Positions 53,617-64,000 of a stretch of 64,000 nucleotides of DNA are shown piece by piece. Every line of letters begins with the position of its first letter. Position 1 is the stretch's first letter. The stretch is taken from assembly GCA_964016885.1 (NCBI GenBank), contig OZ024759.1, positions 20,584,001 through 20,648,000 of the forward strand, written 5' to 3'. The notes under the pieces are model-generated. The model was not told where the DNA came from, made no database searches, and saw nothing but the letters and a program-made list of their open reading frames with translations. The translations under genes were made by a program, and so were the position numbers. Source of the DNA: Eledone cirrhosa (Eukaryota).

Positions 53617-54870
53617 ATATATATATATATTCCAATGCTCTAACAACTAAGCCATATGCCTATATATATATATATATATTCATTCTATGAAGTGCGCTAG
53701 CTGCCGAAGTATATGATAAAGTTATATCTATGTAAATACAGATTGCATAACCAAGACTGCACTAATGTTTATAGTTGTATACACATACCTAATATGTAGG
53801 CATGCCTTAGTGGTTAGAGCTCTATCTCACATAATATCTCACATAATATCGAATCTATGAGATTTTGAAAATATTTATTTTGAGAACAATACCTTAACAT
53901 CAGTTTGAGCAACCAGTTACAGCCAGTTTCAACAGAAAGGGGTAGAGAATTCTGGCCGGTTTTGGCTGGTTTGAACATTAAAGGGATAAACATCTTTATC
54001 AATATATATGACAAACTCTCTAGTGTTGGTGATCTACATGATAAATTCACCCCATACTTGTTGTAATGTGGCTGGTGGTAGGAAGCTTACCAAGCAATGG
54101 GTTGAGAGGTCCCCTCGGTTGTGTCAAAGACATAACAATCTCTCCTGTGCACTCGGTAGAACACGAAACCTAGGTAAGCAATATGCTGACCCCTTCCGGG
54201 GCCTGTACGGGATATCAGTATACCAGCTTCAGTACTGATTTGGTTTATGTAAACCTGTACATATGTTGAGTTCTTGGCCAGGATGGGGAAAGTACCGGTG
54301 GGAGAGGGAAAGAGAGGGAGAAGAGATAGAGATGGGGGAGAGAGAGAGGGCCAGATAGAGATGGGGGAGAGAGAGAGGGCCAGGAAGAGATAGAGATGGG
54401 GGAGAGAGAGAGAGGGACAGGAAGAGATGGAGGGAGGGATTGAGAGAGAGAGAGAGAGAGAGTTATACAAGAAATGAGGGAGAAAAATGGGGTGTCGAGA
54501 GAATGAGTACTATATCTATGTATCTCTATTGAGAGCAATCGATTAATAAAGCTCTGACTGCTGCTGCTATTGCTGCTGTTGCTTCTGTTGCTTCTGTTGC
54601 TGCTGCTACTGCTGCTGTTGCTGTTATTACTGTGGCTGCTTCTGTTGTTGGCTGTGATGAAAGCCTAAATTAATTGTGACACAGGGCAAAACATTATATC
54701 AAGACTAAATTATTAAGATATCAGAGTGTCTTACCATTCCAAGAACTCTGTACTTCAGAGAAACTCAGCTTAACCTCTATATGTATATGCATGTGTCTGT
54801 GGGTATATATATATATGTGTGTATATATATGCATGTATGTTATGTGGATGTGTGTATATATATATGCATG

Positions 54871-54959
<89 letters not shown>

Positions 54960-55062
54960 CACAGAAGGTTATCAGTTATTCTGTTTGTGTGTGTGTATAT
55001 ATATGTATATATGTGTGCATATAAGTATGTGTGTATATATATATATGTATGTATGTGTATAT

Positions 55063-55108
<46 letters not shown>

Positions 55109-55149
55109 ATATACACATACATACATATATATACACACATACCTCTATG

Positions 55150-55195
<46 letters not shown>

Positions 55196-55337
55196 ATATA
55201 CACATACATATATATATACACACACACACACACATATATATATATACATCAGTACACTACCTGATTGCATTCCAAACTATATACCTGTGTAACACGCACT
55301 TGCACAATTCATATCAATATATATTTCAATGTACTTT

Positions 55338-55382
<45 letters not shown>

Positions 55383-55392
55383 TATACATATT

Positions 55393-55428
<36 letters not shown>

Positions 55429-55558
55429 GCCAGTTTTCTATAAGACAGCTGAAGCTAGCTAGATCACAAGAATAATTTCTACCATTCCGGTTTATTGACA
55501 AAAACATCTTAGGATATACTTTCCTTCTACTTACTGTCACCTCCACCCCTCGCCACCA

Positions 55559-55638
<80 letters not shown>

Positions 55639-55689
55639 CCTCTCTACACCCTCCTTCACCCTTCAATGTTCACACTTCTCTAGCCCTCC

Positions 55690-56520
55690 CCCCCTTCTTT
55701 ACCTTTACTCTCCCCTCCATCCCCCTCTCTCCTTTACCTTCACTATCTCCTCCACTCCCCTTCTTTACCTCCTCCACACCCCTCCTTTACCTTCACTCTC
55801 TCTCCTCCACCACCACCCCCTTTACCTTCACTACCTCCTCCACCCCCTCCTTTACCTTCACTACCTCCTCCTTTACCTTCACTCTCCCCCCTTTACCTTC
55901 ACTCTCTCCTCCACCCCCCTCCTTTACCTTCACTCTCTCCTCCACCCCCCTCCTTTACCTTCACTCTCTCCTCCACCACCCTCCTTTACCTTCACTCTCT
56001 CCTCCACCCCCTCCTTTACCTTCACCCTCTCCTCCACCACCCTCCTTTACCTTCACTCTCTCCTCCACCCCCTCCTTTACCTTCACTCTCTCCTCCACCA
56101 CCCTCCTTTACCTTCACCCTCTCCTCCACCACCCTCCTTTACCTTCACTCTCTCCTCCACCCCCTCCTTTACCTTCACTCTCTCCTCCACCACCCTCCCA
56201 TACCTTCACTATCTCCTCCACCCCCTCCTTTACCTTCACTCTCTCCTCCACCCCCTCCTTTACCTTCACTCTCTCCTCCACCCCCTCCTTTAACTTCACT
56301 ATCTCCTCCACCCCACCCACCCCTTTACCTTCACTACCTCCTCCACCCCTCCTTTACCTTCACTCTCCCCTCCTTTACCTTCACTCTCCCCTCCAGCCCC
56401 TCCTTTACCTTCACTCTCTCCTCCAGCCCCTCCTTTACCTTCACTCTCTCCTCCAGCCCCTTCTTTACCTTCACTCTCTCCTCCAGCCCCTTCTTTACCT
56501 TCACTCTCTCCTCCAGCACT
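55690..56520. repeat. ~30-bp C/T-rich minisatellite
   Basis: (ccctcctttaccttcactctctcctccacc)n. Confidence 0.95.
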
Positions 56521-57358
56521 CTCCATTTACTCCTCTCACTCTCCCCTCCAGTCTTGCTCTTCATCTCTGATCTCCAAACCATCTCTCACTCCACCCTTCT
56601 CACACTCTGCAATGCCCCCCCCCCCCCCCCTTTCTCCACTCTCCTTCTTTATCCATTCATCTCATACTCTCTCTACTCCCACCCCTGTACTCTCCGCTCC
56701 ATCACCCCCTCATATACGCTCTCCACCCCCCACCCCCTCTCTCTACTCCTACACTACTCCCCCTCGCCCTCATACACTCTCGACCACACCCCCTCATATA
56801 CTCTCGACCCCACCCCCTCCTACACTCTCCACCCACCCCCTCCTACACTCTCCACCCCACCCCCTCATACACTCTCCACCCCACCCCCTCATACACTCTC
56901 CACCCCACCCCCTCATACACTCTCCACCCCACCCCCTCATACACTCTACCACCCCCATATTATCTCTATCCCCCCCATATTATCTCTATCCCCCATACAC
57001 TCTCCACCACCCCCATATTATCTCTACCCCCCATACACTCTCCACCCCTCATACTCTCCACCCCCTCTCCCCATACACTCTCCACCCCTCATACTCTCTC
57101 TACTCTTACACTACTCGCCCCACCCCACTTCTTCTCTGCAGTTTTCTTCTCAATTCATCATTTCTTCACATATTGTTTTGTGTTTTTTTTATAGTTTGTA
57201 TACTTTCTGTCTGCCATAATCTATGGCTCTGTCTCCTCGGTCTGACTATCTATAGCTGGCTAACTAGCTCTATATGTGTGTGTATGTATATATATATGTA
57301 TATATATGTGTGTATGTGTATATATATGTGTGTATGTATATATATATATGTATATATT

Positions 57359-57429
<71 letters not shown>

Positions 57430-57474
57430 GCATGTGTGTATGTATATATATATATATGTATATATTTCTATATA

Positions 57475-57506
<32 letters not shown>

Positions 57507-57525
57507 TGTGTGTATATATATATGC

Positions 57526-57570
<45 letters not shown>

Positions 57571-57772
57571 TGTGTGTATGTATATATATATATATATATA
57601 TATGCATGTGTGTATGTATATATATATATGCATGTGTGTATGTATATATATATATATATATATGCATGTGTGTATGTATATATATATATGCATGTGTGTG
57701 TATATATATATATATATGCATGTGTGTATATATATATATATATGCATGTGTGTATGTATATATATATATGCA

Positions 57773-57832
<60 letters not shown>

Positions 57833-58477
57833 TGTGTGTATATATATATATATATGCATGTGTGTATGCATATATATATATATAAATGTGTGTGTGTGTG
57901 TCTCTATATATATATTTATGTCTATCTAACTGTCTGTCTGTCTGGGCATCATCATCATCATCATCATCATAGCACCAAATAAATTATTATTATTTTGCAA
58001 GTTAATCAACTCTGGTGGCGAAATGACCTCCTGCCTCCAGGGGCCACCTGGGGTGGGGAGGAGATATTAGGAGAGATTTAGCTAGAATAGGTTGATGGCA
58101 GGGTTCTAAGGGGGTCAGATGTTATTTGGTATAATTTGGTTATTATATTAACACCTGATTCCACTGGGACAGAGGGAGGAGGGAGAGGCAGAAAATGAGA
58201 CAGACAGAAGAATAAGAGAGAGGCAGAAAGGCATACATAGTGAGAGAGAGAGAGAAGGGGGACAGACAGGAAGTGAGAGACAGATAGACTGACACAGTCT
58301 GAGAGAAATAGACAGATTGTGTGAAAGAGAGAGATGAGAGAGAGCAAAACATTCAGAGCAGACAGAAAGAAAGACAGAGAGATAGATAGTGAGTGGAAGA
58401 AAGGGAGGAGGAGAGAGAGAGAGAGAGGCCAAATCAATCCCAACATGGCAGTTGTACCATTTGTGTTTCAAGTTTAA

Positions 58478-58670
58478 ATAATTGTTTCTACTTTTTGGCA
58501 CAAGGCCAGCAATTATCCCAGTGCATTACTGGTACTTTATTTTATCGACCCCGTAAGGATGAAAGGCAAAGTTAACCTCGGCGAGATTTGAACTCAGAAT
58601 GGCAAGGGCCGTAACTCTATGCGTCAAAGCATGAAGTCCGACCCTCTACTGATACTGCCAATCCACCGCC
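58478..58670 (-). mobile_element. SINE family B
   Basis: Full-length match to 2328-2518. Confidence 0.9.
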
Positions 58671-59127
58671 ATTGTTTAAATAATAATTAGAAGAGTTACC
58701 AGGGCTTAGAATTACTGCCATTGGTCTGTTCAGAGCAAAATAGCAATAACGAAGATGTTGGAACATTACCTTCATATTTCGGGATAAAATCATTTCATCA
58801 AATGAAGAATTGTAGAAACTAATTTGGAGCAGGATATTTTGTATTGTTCTTAAGCTGGCATTTTTTTAATTTGGCCTAGTGGTGTGTTTTAGACTTAGGA
58901 TCATAACACTGTCGGTTCAATACCTGGACTGGGTTGTGCGTTGTGTTGTTGAGCAAGGTTTTTGATGTGAAATCATGTGTTGAAACAGATATTGTTATAT
59001 TTGGGGAGGGTCATGTTGTTATAACCAAACCAAACCAAACAGTGAGTGTGTTTTATTATATATTTCTGAGCAATATTGTAATAACATGACCCTTCCCAAA
59101 TCTAACAATACATACATACATATATAT

Positions 59128-59430
59128 GGTAGACGCGCGCCATCATCCACTTTTCTAAAAAAAACAAATCATACTCAAAATGGCAGCGCCAACAGTTTTG
59201 CAAGAGATGTCAACATGAATGGACCTGTTATTTTTATCTAAAGACATTTTTTTTTCCAATTCCAACCCACTCATCCCCTCAATCTATTTTATTTCTCATT
59301 CTTTCTTCTGATGAAGGACTCGCGTCTGAAACGTTAAGACCCTCTTCCTGCTATATCAAGAGCGTTAACCTAATATATACCTTCCATATACTGTACCGCT
59401 TGTGTTGTTATTTCTGTTTACCTTTTACAT
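59128..59430 (+). mobile_element. Penelope-like 3' end with intact minimal hammerhead (59304-59339)
   Basis: tctt-CTGATGA-a ggac tcgc gtct-GAAA-cg-TT-aaga; palindromic AACGTT. Confidence 0.78.
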
Positions 59431-59450
59431 ACATACATATATATATATAT

Positions 59451-59845
59451 AGGCACATGGCTTAGCGGTTAGAGCATTGGCCTTGCAACCGAAAGGTTGC
59501 GAGTTCAATTCTCAGACCGGGTGATGTGTTGTTTCCTTGAGCAAGACACTTTATTTCACATTGCTCCAGTTTACTCAGCTGTAGAAATGAGATGATAGGG
59601 ACTGGGGTCCCTATCATTCCACTGCAAAGTGGTCGTGGAGGTGCCACGGCAAAAAAGCACCCAGCACTCACTGTAAATGAGGTTGGTGTTAGGAAGGGCA
59701 TCCAGCTGTAGAAATCAAGCCAGAATCAGTTCCCGTATGAGCAAGACAAGGTCAGCCGACCGGACATTGCGCACAACAGGACAACCCGTCTAACCCATGC
59801 TAGCGTGGAAGAACAGACGTAAAATGATGATGATGATGATGATGA
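59451..59845 (+). mobile_element. SINE family A, full length, long tail
   Basis: Head, core, hairpin atgatagggac/gtccctatcat, long RTE tail, (GAT)n. Confidence 0.92.
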
Positions 59846-59929
59846 TATATATATATATATATATAACAAGTAAAGCAATGGAGTAAAGGACAATTTAATG
59901 GGCTCAGTAGAGAAGGCCTTATCAGCTTA

Positions 59930-60010
59930 ACACATGCTGACGATCCATAAGGTTGAATTGGTCCCACTAATTTATGGTAAAATATTCTCCTAGTAAGTCT
60001 GTACATGTGT
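59930..60010 (+). ncRNA. Hammerhead with a G12A core change
   Basis: acacatg-CTGACGA-t ccataa...ttatgg t-AAAA-...g-TA-catgtgt; perfect 7-bp stem I. Confidence 0.6.
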
Positions 60011-60158
60011 GATTTAGTTATGAGGCTGGTTATTTCATTTTAATTTATCCTTTTAATTATAATGTATTGCCTAAACCTTTCGTAGTTTATATATTTCTCC
60101 CGCTAGAGGTCTCCGTAAATGAAAACACACTCTCCTGTGTTTTCTCCTCTCTATGTTG

Positions 60159-60195
<37 letters not shown>

Positions 60196-60730
60196 AAAAC
60201 TCCTTCAGGTACCTAGAAAGTTCCCTGGGCATGGTGCTTTTGTGGAAGACCATGCATACTGCTTTCCCTTCTCCATGCCGCTGATGTTGTCCAAGTGAAA
60301 AGCAAAGACTGAAATAACTTGGCATCAGTAATGTCACAACTCATTTCTATAGCTTAAACTGGAACCGATCTGAAAATCAAACTCACAACCTCTTCATATT
60401 GTGAAACCAACTCTCTAACCACTAAGCCACATGCCTTCACTGTGTGTGTGTATGCGTATCATCATCATCATTGTTTTACGTCCGTTCTTCCACGCTAGCA
60501 TGGGTTAAACGGGTTGTCCTGTTGTAAATGAGGTGATTAATCTCATTTGCATATGAAGCTGCATAAGTTGGCTCAACTTATAATAAAAAAGAAATAGTAT
60601 TTCGCTTCAAGCATAGCTTTATACAATTTTTTTGAGATACAAAATATTTATACAAATTGTATAAAGCTATGCTTGAAGCGAAATCCTATTTCTTTTTTAT
60701 TATAAGTTGAGCCAACTTATGCAGCTTCAT

Positions 60731-60779
60731 ATGCAAATGAGATTAATCACCTCATTTACACAGATGAGAAAAGTATATA
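60731..60779 (+). promoter_or_regulatory. Octamer ATGCAAAT, then TCACC (PSE-like) and TATATA: possible snRNA-type promoter
   Basis: Octamer 60731-60738, tcacc 60747, TATATA 60774-60779; spacing is not canonical and the region also forms hairpins. Confidence 0.35.
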
Positions 60780-60823
60780 TTCTCGCCTGTCTTCTAGTCC
60801 AGCAGTCGCAAGCGGTGGGAGGG

Positions 60824-60867
60824 ACTGTCCTGACGATGGCCAGTTAAGCCTGAAATGCATAGACGGT
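60824..60867 (+). ncRNA. Minimal type-I hammerhead ribozyme atop a long extended stem I (60797-60890)
   Basis: actgtc-CTGACGA-t ggc cagttaa gcc t-GAAA-tgca-TA-gacggt; outer pairs gtccagcag/ctgctggac and gcaag/cttgc. Confidence 0.88.
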
Positions 60868-61047
60868 TGTCCCCCTTGCCTCTGCTGGACATCACCAGAG
60901 GGCGTTAGCCCCCCCCCCACCCCTGGTGTTTGCATAGCTACCGCTTCCTAAAACCGTATTTCTTTGGAGATACGAAATATTTATACAAATTGTATAAAGC
61001 TATCCTTGAAGTGAAATCCTATTTCTTTTATATATATGTATATATAT

Positions 61048-61446
61048 ATTGGCCTTGCAATCGAAAGGTTGTGAGTTCAATTCTCGGACGGGGTGATGTG
61101 TTGTTTCCTTGAGCAAGACACTTTATTTCACATTGCCCCAGTTTATTCAGCTGTAGAAATGAGATGATATGGACTGGGGTCCCTATCATTCCACTGCAAA
61201 GTGGTCGTGGCGGTGCCACGGCAAAAAAGCACCCAGCCCACACTGTAAAGTGGGCGTGGAGGCGCCACAGAAAAAAAGCACCCAGCACTCACTGTAAATG
61301 AGGTTGGTGTCAGGAAGGGCATCCAGCTGTAGAAATCAAGCCAGAATCAGTTCCCGTATGAGCAAGACAAGGTCAGCCGACCGGACACTGCCCACAACAG
61401 GACAACCCGTCTAGCGTGGAAGAACGGATGTAAAACGGTGATGATG
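61048..61446 (+). mobile_element. SINE family A, 5'-truncated, long tail
   Basis: Match to 59451-59845. Confidence 0.9.
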
Positions 61447-61455
61447 ATATATATA

Positions 61456-61526
<71 letters not shown>

Positions 61527-61683
61527 TGGGCGTTGGAGCAGCAACATCAATACCCACCTGGTACATATCACACGTTAAACAAAAGATTACATAATAACTG
61601 CCTGAGATCATATCTATTACATAACAGATACCACTGAAATATATATAACAGAAACAAAGTAGTCAATAAAATGACTTCTTCAT

Positions 61684-61819
<136 letters not shown>

Positions 61820-61854
61820 CTCTCATACAGGCACACTGAGACACAGACACACTC

Positions 61855-62010
61855 AGTCGCCTGAGGATCAGGGAATGTGAAACTCCAAGTAGTGTTTCAC
61901 TGAGAACTAGCTTTAGATAAATATTATTACAACCTACCAAACTCTGTTGAGTATTCTTTTTCACTTAATTGCAGTTCACACCAGTAGTGTTACCATCAAC
62001 TACAGAGTGT
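61855..62010 (+). mobile_element. Penelope-like relic with a hammerhead-like core and tail motif
   Basis: CTGAGGA-tca gggaa tgt-GAAA-ctccaag-TA (an alternative fold is possible); tail TTGAGTATT near 61947. Confidence 0.45.
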
Positions 62011-62416
62011 TATATATATACATGCACATGTAAATATATATATATATGTATGTGTGTGTGCATGTATATATATATGTGTGTATGTGTATATACGTATATG
62101 TGTGTGTGTGTATATATATGTGTATATATATATATATGTGTGTGTGTATATATATATATGTGTGTATATATATGTGTATGTATGTGTGTGTATATATATG
62201 TGTATGTATGTGTGTGTATATATATGTGTATGTGTATATAAATGTGTGCGTGTGTATGTGTATATATGTATGTGTGTGCACGTGTATATATGTGTGTATG
62301 TATATATGTGTGTGCCTGTATATATATATGTTTGTGTGTATGTATATGTATATATGTATATGTATGTGTGTGTGTATATATATATGAATGTGTGTATATA
62401 TATATATATGTGTGTG

Positions 62417-62454
<38 letters not shown>

Positions 62455-62814
62455 TATATACATATGTATGTGTATATATATATATATATGTATGTGTGTG
62501 TATATATATGTATGTGTGTGTGTGTGTGTGTAGTGAGAAACACCAAGGGATAGGGAAACCGAGAATGATATAAAGAGATAGACATAGGGAAACAGAATAA
62601 GATATAGAGGAAGAGAGAGTGGGGGACATAGTGAGAGAGAGAGAGAGAGAGATGCAGAGAGACAAAGAGAGAGAGACAGAGGGAGATGATATATTTCCCA
62701 TAGAACAAAATGCTAATTTTGTGTCGGACATTTTCAAAGATTTTTGAATCTGGTTACAAACTGTTGAGGTTTAATATAGGTTAGAAAGGAAACCTTAGAC
62801 CCCCACAGCAGGAT

Positions 62815-63770
62815 GTGATGGTGGTTGTGGTGATGGTGGTAGTGGTGATGATGATGGTGATGGTGATGGTGGTAGTGGTGGTAGTGGTGATGGTGATGGT
62901 GATGGTGATGGTGTTGTTGGTGGTGGTATTTTATGGATTGGTGTTAGTGAAGGTGTTGTTGATGGTCGTAGTGGTGGTAGTGTAGATAGTGTTGGTGTTG
63001 TTGGTGATGGTAGTTTTGGGATTAGTGGTGGTGTTGGTGTTGATGGTGGTGTCAGTGGTGGTAGTGGTAGTGATGGTGGCTGTGATGGTGTTGTTGGTGG
63101 TGGTGGTATTTTATGGATTGGTGTTAGTGAAGGTGTTGTTGATGGTGGTAGTGTTGGGGATTAGTGGCAGTGTTGGTAGTGGTGGTGATGATGATGGTGT
63201 CGGTAGTGGTGGTGATGATGATGGTGTCGGTGGTGGTGGTGGTGGTGGCTGTGATGGTGTTGGTGGTGGTAGTGTTGGTGATGGTAGTTTTGGGGATTAG
63301 TGGCGGTGTTGTTGGTAGTGGTGGTGATGATGATGGTGTCGGTGGTGGTGGTGGTGGTGATAGTGGCTGTGATGGTGGTGGTGGTGGTGGTATTTTATGG
63401 TTTGGTGGTAGTGAAGGTGTTGTTGATGGTGGTAGTTGTTGATGGTGTTGGTGGTATTGTTGATGGTGGTAGTGGTGGTAGTGCTGGTGATGGTAGTTTT
63501 GGGATTAGTGGTTGTGGTGATGGTGGTTGTGTGGTAGTTATAGTTATTGTTGTAGTAGTTGTTATAGTTGTATGGTGGCTGCCTGTGTTTAGTTGTATGG
63601 TGGTTGTTATAGTTAGTATTGTAGTAGCTGTTATAGTTGTTGTTGTTGTTGTATGGTGGCTGCCTGTATTTGGTTGTGTGGTAGTTGTGAAATGGCTGCT
63701 GTAGAAGTTGTTGTTATAGTTATCATTGTAGTTGTAGTTGTTGTATGGTGGTTGCCTGTGTTTAAGTTGT
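62815..63770. repeat. (GGT)/(GAT)/(GTT) low-complexity tract with local duplications
   Basis: Directly visible. Confidence 0.93.
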
Positions 63771-64000
63771 GTAATTTAGTCAGATCTGCTGATGTAATTA
63801 CATCCCAAACATGACAAATAACCTTTGAAGGGAACACTTGACTGGCACACTCATCATCATCATCACCATTGTCATTTCCACCATCACCATTATCATCATT
63901 GCTACCATTATCATTGCTACCACCACCACCACCACCATCATCTTTGTTACCATTTCTACCATTGACATATCTCCATAAAGTTGATCTCTCGACTTATTAA

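Larger units (their letters stand above)
60523..61030 (+). mobile_element. Retrozyme-like non-autonomous element (333-bp period, 5' inversion)
   Basis: Direct repeat at 60634 and 60967; 60523-60628 is an inverted copy of about 60656-60760; contains an HHR. Confidence 0.75.

Noticed and set aside
60892-60907. CTCF-like motif tcaccagagggcg
   Set aside because: Also explained as one arm of a hairpin (accag/ctggt); only loosely kept in the second copy; no binding data.

Overview
Very AT-rich, microsatellite-saturated eukaryotic DNA. The SINE, RTE-LINE and MITE repertoire suggests an octopus or other cephalopod (inference). I cannot support any intact protein-coding gene: almost every ORF in the track is translated (TA)n/(TG)n/(GA)n/(GAT)n repeat. 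Recognisable content is two or three tRNA-derived SINE families, RTE-clade and Tx1/L1-like LINE 3' fragments, a mariner transposase relic, MITEs and several minisatellites. The main hidden signal is RNA structure. Many short unique islands between the (TA)n tracts are minimal type-I hammerhead ribozyme (HHR) modules (stem I-CUGANGA-stem II-GAAA-short, often palindromic stem III-UH). By eye I find about a dozen with intact cores and about as many decayed ones, from several dissimilar families. Many sit in inverted arrangements typical of Penelope-like element termini, and several share a 3' tail motif (TTGAGTRCT). One family (60523-61030, decayed copy at 13347-13826) is a ~333-nt hairpin-rich, terminally redundant monomer with an intact HHR and an octamer motif, a candidate retrozyme (circRNA-type retroelement). 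A ~1.1-kb nested palindrome centred on (TA)12 lies at 51945-53043. All structures were paired by hand, activity is untested, and repeat boundaries are approximate.
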